A DNA stretch of 64,000 nt from Octopus sinensis (taxonomy: Eukaryota), in NCBI RefSeq assembly GCF_006345805.1, contig NC_042997.1, forward strand, positions 4,464,001 to 4,528,000, in the 5' to 3' direction. A program made the translations under genes and the position numbers. Within the stretch, counting starts at the first letter, position 1. The number at the start of each line of letters is the position of its first letter. The notes under the pieces were generated by a model. It was not told the origin of the DNA and ran no database searches. It saw only the letters and a list, made by a program, of their open reading frames with translations. Shown here piece after piece: positions 24,741-36,874 of this stretch.

Positions 24741-24970
24741 TTAGAGATAAAACCCCTATTAAGCAACTCAAACAGTGAAAATCTTAAACCAATACATGGA
24801 ATTAAAATTAATTAATAAAAAGTATATAAAATATAAAATTCAAAATTAGAGTAATTTAAATGTTGAATTTTATATTTTATATATTGTTATTAATTAATCT
24901 TATTTCTATGTATTGGTTTATGATTTTCACTGTATGATTTGCCTAATAGTGGTTTTATCTCTAATTTAAT
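24735..24970. mobile_element. AT-rich palindromic MITE (~113-bp arms, minimal spacer) in TA context
   Basis: ATTAAATTAGAGATAAAACC.CTATTA.GCAA.TCA.ACAGTGAAAATC.TAAACCAATACAT is mirrored at the right end; centre AATTA-GAG-TAATT. Confidence 0.8.
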
Positions 24971-25032
24971 ATATATAGTTATACTATAAAATCCTAAATC
25001 TAATTTTTCCCTGTAAGTTTGGATTTACTCAC

Positions 25033-25105
<73 letters not shown>

Positions 25106-25179
25106 GTGTGTGTATATGATATATATACATGTGTTTATATATATATATGATATATATATATATTATGTATATATATATG

Positions 25180-25219
<40 letters not shown>

Positions 25220-25474
25220 TATATATATAATATATATATGAGTGTGTGTGATTGTGTATAGAAGAATATATTAATAAAAGGAATTTGACCTTGCCTGATT
25301 TTCACTTTTTAATTACAATCTTATAATGATATAAGATAATATAATAGAATACAATAAAATAATAGAATGTTAAATGTTCATTCTGATTGAACTAGTACTT
25401 TCATGCATTAAATTCTGCAATGTTCAGGTTCATGTAGTAGTGGTGACAGTCATGCTTCACAATTTTTGACTGTC

Positions 25475-25510
<36 letters not shown>

Positions 25511-25528
25511 TCTATATATATAACATTT

Positions 25529-25579
<51 letters not shown>

Positions 25580-25581
<2 letters not shown>

Positions 25582-25768
25582 AGAGTTTACGAAACAAACA
25601 CCGAAAAACAAAGGCAGGTGGTGTACAAAATAAACAGATGTATTAGCATAACGCTCAGGAATAGAAAAAGTCCCTTACGTTTCGAGCCTAAGCCCTTCTA
25701 CAGAGAGGGACACAGAAAACAAGGAGAGAAAAATTGTGTGTAGTGGTTAACTATCTATCATGGCGTCT

Positions 25769-25772
<4 letters not shown>
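25580..25772 (-). mobile_element. Interspersed repeat (probable Penelope pLTR-derived) carrying a hammerhead-like motif, copy 1
   Basis: Related to ~46480-46690 and, in part, ~53800-53960. Confidence 0.55.
25646..25708 (-). ncRNA. Putative type I minimal hammerhead ribozyme, variant core
   Basis: Minus strand CTGTAGA-A-GGGC-TTAG-GCTC-GAAACG...CGT-T; stem II forms, stem III is imperfect, stem I is weak. Confidence 0.45.
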
Positions 25773-25800
<28 letters not shown>

Positions 25801-25805
<5 letters not shown>

Positions 25806-26327
25806 TAGATAACATCCGTTCTGTCTGTCTGTGTGTTTTCTATGATCTCGGGCAATCTCCAACCGATTGGGGTCATATTTGATATGTAGATACCGACGAT
25901 ATCAAGGCGTGTATAAGTCTTGAAAAAATTACAAAATCGATTCTAGAGTGCTTGCATCGTTTTTGTTCTGCTTTTCTTCCGTCAACCAGTACATAACAGC
26001 ATATTCCATTTTTTGTTCTTTTTTACTGCTTAAAGGCACGCTTCTTTACTAGTAAGCTTACTCCTTAAACCACGTTTGTGTTCTCCCAGTCAATAGCCTT
26101 AATATTACTGGTACTTTAAACACTTCGGTTGCATATTTGTGCGAATAAAATCGTTTAACTTTGGAATCTATCTCTGTTTCTTCTTTTGCTAGTAACTCAA
26201 ATTTAGGTTAAATCAGTGTTTCTCAAAGGAAGGCCTATGAGACCGTCGTACAAGTTATTTTGAGTAAATTTGGTTTAAGTGCTTGACAACTCAGTACCGT
26301 CAATTGGACGGGGGCAGTTTTGCTCGT
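25801..26327 (+). mobile_element. Probable non-autonomous Helitron
   Basis: 5' (CTGT)n after an AT start, then ATCTCGGG...AACCGATT; 3' hairpin CCGTC-AATTG-GACGG about 11 nt before CTCG|T (CTAG-like end). Confidence 0.6.
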
Positions 26328-26332
26328 ATCTA

Positions 26333-26411
<79 letters not shown>

Positions 26412-26412
<1 letters not shown>

Positions 26413-26808
26413 AACAAGTGAAATCTATCCTCCTTCCAAATTATAGCTGGGATGTTGTCGGGACCAAATGCTTTCGAGGCTTTCAGTTGTTTAGTGGCTG
26501 CTGTTAGTTCAAATATGTTAAAAGTACACATATTGCAAAACTACCACCTGTATCATCTCTTGTCAAAGGTAGAAGATTTCAGTTTCCTGGACATTGTTGT
26601 AGAGCTGAAAACGAGGTTATTCCTACTCTTCTGCTCTGGAAGCCATTTGCTCGCGATACCAGAAGGCGCACACTCTCCTACCCTTATGTAATTGCCAGGA
26701 ATATAGGCATCAAGCAACGGGACCTCCGTAATGCTATGATGGACCGTGAAGTCTGGCGTAACATAGTGAATTCCATTGACTCGACCACGGACGAACAATG
26801 ATGATGAT
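26412..26808 (+). mobile_element. RTE-like LINE fragment with inverted 5' segment
   Basis: 26412-26540 minus: ELTAATKQLKASKAFGPDNIPAIIWK. 26541-26808 plus: [35 protein letters not shown]...[12 protein letters not shown] followed by (TGA)n. Confidence 0.75.
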
Positions 26809-26828
26809 ATATACATATATATACATAC

Positions 26829-26922
<94 letters not shown>

Positions 26923-26985
26923 GTATATATAAATATATATATATATATATAGGTGAAAAAGTGGTGTGTGAAAGCACGTGGTTGA

Positions 26986-28997
26986 ATATATAGAAAATAG
27001 TAAAGAGTGAAAAAAGTACAGAAGTTTGTTTTAAAAGGTTCAAAATTATATATATTTTAGTCATTATGTCAGAAGAATGTTATAAATTTTTTTCATAAAG
27101 TGACATAGTTTTTGAAGAAATTACCGGTTTCGTGTTTAACTTTTTAAATTTCTCAAAACATAGTTATGATTTCGTTAAGAAGTGTAAAGAAGAGTTCCAG
27201 GTATGGACATCCTCCTGAAAACCTTCCTTAAACATATCGATAGCCATATCAGAGATGACTTAGATATGTTAAACCACCTTCGAAAAAAAAGCCAAGGAAG
27301 AAACAATCATGGTTTCACTTGATGTAGTTAATTTATATACCAGTATACCTCATAATTATGGACTAGAGGCAATACAGATCTGGCTGGACCAATTTCCGGC
27401 AGAAATACCAAAAAGAATCAGTAAAGAATTCATTACTAAATCGGTTGAATTCATCCTACATAATAACCACTTCATGTTTGACAATACATTTTAACGTCAA
27501 AAATCCGGAATTGCTATGGGTACAAGGGCAGCACCAGTCATTGCGAACCTAACAATGAGCTACCTGGAAATAATTATTTGCCAGGAATCTCTATCAACCT
27601 TTGGAAACCCCCTCTCTCAATACATAAAAGAGAATTGGAAACGATTCCTGGATGAGTGTTTTATACTCTGGAATGAAAACACAGATAAACTCCTAAAATT
27701 CAAAAGCCTATTGAACAGCATCAACCCAAATATACAGTTCACAATGGAATACAACCAAAAGAAGCTCCCATTCTTAGATATATTAATTAAAAAAATTAAC
27801 CTTAAAATAGAAACGGATATTTTTTTACTAAGCCAAACAATACCTACTTTTTTATTCCTGCCACCCAAGACACACTAAAACAAACATCCCTTTCAACCTT
27901 GCAAGAAGGATATGCACAATAGTGTCAGAACAAAATACCAGGAACTTTAGACTACAAGAACTCAAAAACAACCTAATTGACAGACACTACCCAGCTCAAC
28001 TCATAGAGGATGGGATCAGACGTGCAACAGAAATCGACATAGAAACTTTGAGAAAAGTTCAACAGAACAACAAACCTTCCCCGAAAATACTACCTTACAT
28101 ATCCACATACAACCCGAGAAACAAAGAAGCCTTCACCATCCTCACCCAGAATTTACTAATACTTCATAAGGACCCCAAATTAAAGGAAGTTCTAAACATA
28201 CATAAAATCATTAAAAGCTACAAGCAACTTAAATCACTTAAAAATATTCTCATAAAGGCAAAATTGCTTTCTGAAATTACGGATGCAAAAGTTAAAAAAT
28301 GTGGTAGATCAAACTGAGCAACATGCCCAAACCTTCCAGAAGGATCAGAATTCCTCTTCAAAGCGGGGGAAAAGTTCAAGATCAAATCTAATTTTACTTG
28401 TGCCTCTGAAAACATAATTAATGTCATAAGAAGCTCGGGCTGCCACCAAAACTACGTGGGGTCCAAGGGACTATCACTAAGACGTAGATGCACACTGCAT
28501 CGACAAAAGATTGCATTCGCAGAATACAGAATGATACCCTTTAGTGAGCATATTGAGAAATGCGCAAATCAACTACTACCACCATTTTTAATCTTTCCAT
28601 TTTACCAATGTGCTATTTGAACACCAAAACAAATTAGACTAAACAAGGAAACATTCTTCATAGAAAAATATAAGCCCAAACTTAACCACTATAACATTCT
28701 TATACAGAGAAGCTCACCCCAATAAAAAAGGCAAGAAATATAAAGCGATTACCTCCTTTACACCGGAAGAAATCACTTATGACCTCCCCTTACCTGGAAC
28801 TCTACTTTACACTTTTAACGAAATCATAACGGTGTTTTGAGAAATTTGAAAAGTTAAACACGAAACCGGTAATTTCTTTAAAACTATGTCACTATGAAAA
28901 AAATTTATAGCATTCTTCTGACATAATGACTCAAATATATATTTTTTAACCTTTTAAAACGAGCCTTCTGTAGTTTTTTTCACTTTTTACTATTTTC

Positions 28998-29003
<6 letters not shown>
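26986..29003 (+). mobile_element. Penelope-like element, 5'-truncated, with ~215-bp inverted terminal repeats
   Basis: RT motifs (SLDVVNLYTSIP, GIAMGT, WKRFLDECF, LPFLDILI), NIPFNLARRI, ISTYNP, GIY-YIG region (NII...GCHQNYVG...RRRCTLH) ending KYKPKLNHY* at ~28694. 26986-27203 is the reverse complement of 28791-29003. Confidence 0.88.
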
Positions 29004-29031
<28 letters not shown>

Positions 29032-29321
29032 CTATATATATGTTAGCACAGTTCCAAGAAAGTGAAAGAGGGTGGTAGTAAGCACCAGCATTGTTTGAAA
29101 TAAGTTAAAACATCTTTTAGCAGCGTGGGAGCACTTTTCTAAAGACAGTGAAAGGAGACAAACTCTTTCCCTCCGACAAGCAAGAGCGAAACATAACACG
29201 TACTTAAGAGGGTTTTTTTTACTGTTATTTCTAACAAAGCTGGTGCATACTAACAACCTCTGCCACTTTAGTAACAACAGTGCTTGTTGCCCATCCATTC
29301 GAAATTGCGAATAATTACCTT

Positions 29322-29374
<53 letters not shown>

Positions 29375-29405
29375 TAATAATAATAATTATAGTAATAATA
29401 ATGAT

Positions 29406-29457
<52 letters not shown>

Positions 29458-29511
29458 TAATCTAATAATAATAATAATTAGAAGAAGAAGAAGAAGAAGA
29501 AGAAGAAGAAG

Positions 29512-29543
<32 letters not shown>

Positions 29544-29570
29544 GAAGATGAGGAAGAAGAAGAAGAACAA
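29322..29570. repeat. Compound (AAT)n-(GAA)n microsatellite
   Basis: Directly visible. Confidence 0.95.
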
Positions 29571-30479
29571 GAAAAAGAAGAGGATGGCGGCTGGACGTGA
29601 CAGAGGATAGACGTATTTTTCTGATGCTCTGAACTGGCAACAGCTAACCCAGCAGGACAACTGAAAAAAAACAACTGTAGAAAACTTGATGATCAACTGT
29701 TTTCTGTGAGTAATTTGAATTTCCCTCAAAATAGGTTAAGGAACTTACATATCTACAGCTCATACAAACGTACACCTAACAAGAAAAATTAGAAACATAA
29801 ATATCTCCAATTTTGTGTGAACATTTAGCCGTCTCTCATGACTATAAGAATGTGTAAAATTGCCTTTTAAATTGCCTTTTATTGTAACAACACAATTAAA
29901 TGCACGATAAAAAATCATGGAAGTAAGCACCTGCTAATATATACATACAACTGAATCCAGAAATTTAAAAAATATATATATAACATTGAATTCAGAAATT
30001 TTATAAAATGTGTGTGTGAGTATACATATACATATGTATGTGGAAAGGAAGAAAAGAGAAAGGGAAAAAAATGTAAACAGGTTTGACCTTTTACTGACCA
30101 TTAATGTTCTTTGTCTCCAACATCTGCTGAATCTATTTATAGACCCATAGATCATGACCTCTTTAACCAACCATTCCCCCACACAATGGCAGTAGTGGTG
30201 ATGATGGTGGCTGTGACTACACATAAAACAATGTCATTGATGATGATGGTGATGGTGATGTTGATGACGATGATGATGGTGATGGTGGTGAAGGGGATAG
30301 TAATAACAATAATAACTGACAGGACCCTTTTTTGTATTTTCTTTCTCCGTATTTTATTCTCATTATTTCGAACTAATACAGGCAGAGTGAGCCTTTTATA
30401 AGTTTAAAAGAGGAAGGGAAAAGAAGGAAGGAAAATGGGAAGAAGGAGAGAGAGAGGAAAAAAGGAAGAGAAGGGAAAA

Positions 30480-33400
30480 AAATGTTCGGAGATAAAACTC
30501 TCAACAATAAAAATACAGACGAATACAGATCTGCTAGCCTTAAGAAGCTGCGCTACGAGCAATGCTTACGTGTAGAGGACCCTAAACTGACAGATCCATC
30601 TCCTAATATAAGGATGGATGTTCGTCATGCTTCAATGTCAACAAACCAAACAATAAACCCCATTTGGTCGTCGCGCGGATAAGAAAAGACCACGTACCCG
30701 AAAATTGAACCAAATTCTGATTGAAAAATCAGCTACTGGATCAAATCTTCTCAACACACAGGAGCTGGATGTACCCCACAACCGGAATATTCCAACAGAT
30801 GGCCATCCATGCTCGTCACCAAATAATCAAAAGTAAAAGAAGGAAAAATGGTCTAGGGAAGATAATAAAGAAGTTCTTGAAGCCTTCTACCATGCCATAT
30901 ATTTCCCAACATATAAATCTAACACTGTACAGACATACTTAAATTGGAGACAGAAACACCCTGTAGTAAGACCCTACATAGGCAGTAACAAACTTGCCAA
31001 CGTCAGAAGAAACATTATTAAAAAAATTACTGACTGAAGTAGAGATTGATCAAGTTAGACAAGCAATATCGGAGAAAATGAACGAAGCTGCAGCTGAAGA
31101 AGATAATACAGAGGAAATAATTATAGACCAGCCCAGAGCTGATAAAAACGAAGTAAGGATTGAAAGAGTTAGTATAAGTGATAGGCAAGGTGAAATACTC
31201 CCTGAACCAAATATAAACACTAAGACAGATGAACATCAAATAGATAGAGAAAGTCACACAAATATTGACCCAACAGAACTACATGAGCTAAAAAATCAAA
31301 TCATGATTGAATGGCTGAAAATTAAAGAAACCAGCATGGATGAACGTGATACACCTCCTAAAATCCGCAACTCTAACCAAAACATGAAAATAATTGGTAA
31401 AATCCAGCTTGCACTTAAGGATATAATTTCAGCTAATGATGTTGATATCACAAATCTCAACCACCTATACTATGCATCCGCGAAAATCTCAACGATCCTA
31501 TGTGGTGTAAAGATTAGAAAACGGCAACATTCCCACAAAAAGCCTTCTTGGCAAGAGCGTCTGCAACAACAAATTAAACTATTTAGATCTGACATTGAAT
31601 ATTTGAAAAGCCTTAAGGTTCACAAGTCTACCAAACCTACAAAACACCCAAAATTGCTGAAAAAATACAATATGAAAACTATACTTGATATTGATGCCAC
31701 CATAGAAACCATCAAACAAAAGGTATCTGCCAAAGCTGCCCGCATAGCGAGGTATGAAAAGCGTGTTAGATTTTTCAAGGACAATAACATGTTCAAAAGT
31801 AACCCCAAGAATTTTTACAGGAAGATAGGAAGAACAGCGATTACTGCAAGGTCTGTACCATCAAAAGGAGAAGTGCAGGGATTTTGGAATAAACATTGGG
31901 CAGAAGAAAAAACGCACAACGAAAAGGTCCCCTGGATTGACAGAATATCTACAGAACTGGACCACTTAGAAGAGCAAAAGTGGGAGGGTGTCAAGGTAGA
32001 AAATATAAGATCTGCTCTTAAGAGGTCAAGCAAATGGAAGTCTCCAGGAAAGGATAAAATTCCTAACTTCTGGCTGAATGCCTTCTCGGAGATCCATGAA
32101 CTGCTAACAGAACTGTACAATGATGTTTTGCAGCACCCTAGTAGGATGCCTCATTGGCTAGTTAATGGGTTAACAAAAAGTGACGAAACAAATGAACCAA
32201 AAAACGCTAACATCTGTCCTGACGGAATATACTTATAGTTTTTTTAACAGACAGCAGCATATTCCCTAATGAACAGAAAGGATGTAAACGTGGATCCTAC
32301 GGCTGCAAAGATGATCTACGGCTGTAAAGATGATCTTAGAAGATTGTCACATAGGACACAAAAATTTATCAATAGTCTGGATAGACTTTAAAAAGGCGTT
32401 TGATAGCCTACCACATAGCTGGATTAAGAAATGCCTGGAAATGTATAGGATAGCACTTACTCTGCGAAACTTCTTGACTGTAAGTATGAGATCATGGAGA
32501 ACCACACTAACTCTGAACAGTGACAATAAATCCCTAAATGCTGTTGATGTAAATTTTCGTGTGGCATTTTCCAGGGTGACTCACTGACACCGCTCCTCTT
32601 TTGTTTAGCCATAATACCTCTCCCAAAACTGCTCAATGACGCGCAGTACGGGTATAAAATGTTTGATAAAAATATAAATCATCTCATTTACATGGATGAT
32701 TTAAAGCTTTTTGCAAAAAATGACCAACAACTCAAGGGCTTACTAGCGATAGTCAAACAATTCAGTGACGACATCAGAATGCAATTCGGCCTCGATAAAT
32801 GTGCAAAAGCTACCTTTAACAAAGGAAAAATGACAGAAACATCTCACTTAACCTTCACCTGCACAATATCATAAAATAACTAGACCCAGCGGAGAGCTAC
32901 AAGTACCTAGGGGTAATTGAAGTAAACGGAATAAGGCATTCAGAGATGAAGGAAAGGATCAGGAGAGAATGCTATTGAAGAGTGAGAGCAATACTCAAGG
33001 CAGAGCTGAATGCAAGAAACAGGATCGAAGCAATCAATGCATTAGCCATACCAGTCGTGACTTAGAGTTTCAATATCGTTAACTGGTCAATTACTGAAAT
33101 ACGTCAGCTCGACAGTAAAATAAGAAAACTGTTGACAATGCATAGAATGCACCACCCTAAGGCAGATACAGAACAACTTTATCTGCCAAGAAAAGAGGGA
33201 GGCCGTGGTCTTTTGCAGCTGGCAATAGCAATGACGATTGCTACAATTGGCCTAGACACCTACCTGAAAAAGTCTGAGGACTTGATGTTAAAACTTGTCT
33301 CAAAACATGAAAACAAGAAAGCACCATACTCAGTAACAAAACAGGCAAAGGAATATCTAAGTGAATTCCGAATACAACCAATTTCGGAATTAGAGATAGA

Positions 33401-34392
33401 CATACAATAAACAAGAACAGAAAAAGCTAGGCGCATGAAAACCCGTGCCAAAACCGTGGCCTTCGATATTCTGAATAATAAATGGCAAGAAAAACCTCTC
33501 TATGGCAAATACCCAAGGAGAGCGAATAATGCAGATATTGACAAATCTCTGACCCATCAATGGCTAATGGCCTCTGGCTTAAAATCTGAAACAGATGCTC
33601 AAGATCAATGCCTACCAACAATAAACTACGAGGCCAAAATATTAAAGATCAGCAGCAGTCCAACGTGTCGTGTATGCCAGCAACAAAATGAAACCATTGA
33701 ACATGTGGTCTCCAAGTTCACTCGTCTAGCGTCTACAGAGTATCTCAACAGGCATGATAGAGCTGGACAAAAAACTGGTGGGAACACAATCCACCTCCAG
33801 TGCTTGAAAATGACCACATCTCACTCCTCTGAAGCTTCAGCATCCAAATTGACAGAAAGATAGATGCAAATAGGCCTGACATCATATTGAAAGACTTCAG
33901 ACAAAGAACATGCCTCCACATTGATATGACTGTCCCAATCGATATAAACGTATCTGTCAAGACCTACCAAAAACTGAGCAAATATAAAGACCTTGAAATA
34001 GAAATCAGCAAAATGTGGAACCTGAAGACTAAAACAATACCTGTTGTCATAGGTGCCCTGGGAATGATAGCGAAAGGGGCTGATTGCTACCCAACTCAGA
34101 TACCAGGAAACCCCAAACTGGCAGGAATTCAAAAGATAGAGCTCATGGGAACTGCTCATATCCTACGCAAAATATTCTCTATGTAATCCCAAGGTTTAAA
34201 ACAATTTTTTTTTTAATTTATGTATTAGACATTCACTCGTACAACCCCCCCCCAAAAAAAAAAATATATATATATGGCACACTAGGCATAACAACAGCGT
34301 GAACTTCCAACCTGTTGTCTCTTGAGGTCTCTGGGTGAAACTTGGAGCCAACTTGTACAGACATAAAGCAAAAGTCAAACATAGAATAAAAA
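30480..34392 (+). mobile_element. R4/Dong-like RLE retrotransposon, family B, near full length, disabled
   Basis: KSPGKDKIPNFWL, WIDFKKAFDS, HLIYMDDLKLF, LYLPRKEGGRGL, CRVCQQQNETIEHVVS, RHD, RPDII, KLSKYKDL; stop at 34186; 3' UTR runs into (AAT)n. The 5' boundary is approximate. Confidence 0.88.
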
Positions 34393-34417
34393 TAATATTA
34401 ATAAAATAATAATAATA

Positions 34418-34493
<76 letters not shown>
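34393..34493 (+). repeat. (AAT)n tail
   Basis: Directly visible. Confidence 0.95.
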
Positions 34494-34494
<1 letters not shown>

Positions 34495-34857
34495 TATCAA
34501 TACCGGCAGGTGACAACGTATCTCTAAAAGAAATGGAGAAACTTTCAAAATACAAAGACCTGGAAATAGAGGTAAGCAGAAAGTGGAATCTAAAAACAGA
34601 AACAATTCCTATCATAGTAGGTGCATTAGGCATGATAAAAAAAATATTCAGACAAATACATAACAAAAACACCAGAACTTACAAACTCATATAACATACA
34701 GAAAATTGCACTACTAGGCACTGTACACATTCTACGCAGAACACTTTCCATACAATACCCATCAGAGCATCACAAAAAATCACAGCACATACCTAAGGCA
34801 CACAGAGCTGCGCTCGGTAGTGAAGTGAAAGCACGCTATAAAAATAAAACTACTGAA
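34494..34857 (+). mobile_element. 5'-truncated copy of R4/Dong family A
   Basis: Near-identical to ~3560-3921, starting GTATCAATACCGGCAG. Confidence 0.9.
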
Positions 34858-34877
34858 TGATAATGATAATAATAACA

Positions 34878-35440
34878 ATGTTCATCTCTGTTATTTGATA
34901 TAGCCTTGATCCAACTTACAGTAATCATATACAAAGTGAATGCGCACTATGTGCTGAGAAAAAAACTGGGCCTCGTCTCAATAATCATCTTTTCATGGAT
35001 GACTTTAAACTGTTCGCAAAAGCAGAGCATGGAATTGACAGGCTTGTTTTGACTGTAAAAAATGCGTATCAAGGATATAGGAATAGAATTCGGTATCAGG
35101 AGGTGTGTGGTTCTTGCTTAATTTGAAGCGAGGGGAAAAAGAGTAAATTGTAGGGGCAAATAATTTCCAAACAGAAATATAATTGAAGACCTGAATGATG
35201 ACGGGTACAAATATCTTGAGACCCTGATGCTTGACAATATCTTGCATAAAGAAATGGGAACACAAGTTCATCACTGCATATTTCGTGCGCCTTAAAATTC
35301 TCGTGAAATCAAATCTCAACTCAAGGAACATTGTGACTGCTATCAACAAATGGGCAGTTGCTGTAGTCCGCTATAGTGCACCTATCCTGAAATGGACGCT
35401 AGTGGATCTTAACCAACTCGATCACACTATCCAAAAGATG
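34878..35440 (+). mobile_element. Internal RT fragment of a third, older R4/Dong-like element
   Basis: NHLFMDDFKLFAK, YKYL, KSNLNSRNIVTAINKWAVAVVRYS. Confidence 0.7.
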
Positions 35441-35501
35441 GTGGTGGTGGTTGTAGTGGTGATGGTGGTGGTTGTTGTTGTTGTAGTAGTGGTAGAAGTA
35501 T

Positions 35502-35548
<47 letters not shown>

Positions 35549-35649
35549 ATTATTATTCTTTTATTTGCCACCAAGGCGATGGATGTGGGGGACAATACAA
35601 AAGCAGATATAAAGTGTGGGTAGTTACATATAATGAATTGGTGAAATAT

Positions 35650-36505
35650 AAAGTATATACGGTATACAATAAAAGAAAGGAATCATGCATAGCATATGAC
35701 CCACAGAAAATTGATTGTGATGTGGTCCACCTGATTTAGGAGGATCTCTAGGAATAACAAAAGATCCACATCGTTCAAGATCACCCTGAGTTCGAAGGAC
35801 GGGAGCCCACTCCAAATTATTTCTTGTGTTCTCAGGTCTATACTGAGAGTGATATCATCCACTCTTGCCATTCATGAACCCTTCACCCACATATTTATTA
35901 ATTCACTCGAGGAACGCGCCTGCCTCTCAACCCTCATTTTCCTTTCCAAGTGAAACTTGAAAAAGTCGATGAGGGCTTTACCTAAGAGAAAAATTTCTGT
36001 CCTCATTCCTTTCAACCTCATCCACCAGCTACCAGAGAAAGGAAATCTAACTCGCAGACACGATTAAAGGAGGGCGGTGGGGCAATCAGCATTATGGACT
36101 TGGATGTCAGATGGATCTGTACTACACGTGACAGCTGTTATTTGACATAACTCCACTAGTCGCTCTGCGATCACCTTGGACTAGCACGTCTGACAGCAAA
36201 CATATGCCGTTAGAGTTAGGTACGAACCGGTAGCACTGCTAGATCGAAGAAATCTGGAAATAATCCATAATAGACCACGACCAGAATGTCCTCCGGAATA
36301 GACTTGCCAGTACATTTTTGTCGACGCCTATGGCTTCCCCGAGGATGGCGTCGCACTTTCCCACTACTAATCTTCTATAAATATCTATAGTGGTGTACCC
36401 ACCATCTTGTTGCCCGACTTGTAAAGGACATTGAGCGCCTGACGACATTCTAAGTGCCGGTCGTCCAGTTTCGGCCTATCATTTATTCAAAACTGCAGCT
36501 CGTGA
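35650..36505 (-). mobile_element. L1/Tx1-like LINE 3' fragment, degenerate
   Basis: Frameshifted minus-strand peptides (QCYR, IAPPPSFNR, WWMRLKGMRTEIFLLGKALIDFFKFHLERKMRVER) resemble, from recall, L1/Tx1 ORF2 C-termini. Confidence 0.6.
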
Positions 36506-36506
36506 A

Positions 36507-36586
<80 letters not shown>

Positions 36587-36601
36587 TACTACTACTACTA
36601 C

Positions 36602-36654
<53 letters not shown>

Positions 36655-36655
36655 G
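36507..36655. repeat. Compound (ACT)n-(AAT)n microsatellite
   Basis: Directly visible. Confidence 0.95.
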
Positions 36656-36761
36656 TAAGAAGATGATGAAGAAGAATAACAATAATTAAAATAGTAATAT
36701 ATATATTTGTGTGTGCGTGTATATATATACATTGAAAGTATGTATGTATATATGTGTGTAT

Positions 36762-36815
<54 letters not shown>

Positions 36816-36816
36816 C

Positions 36817-36874
<58 letters not shown>

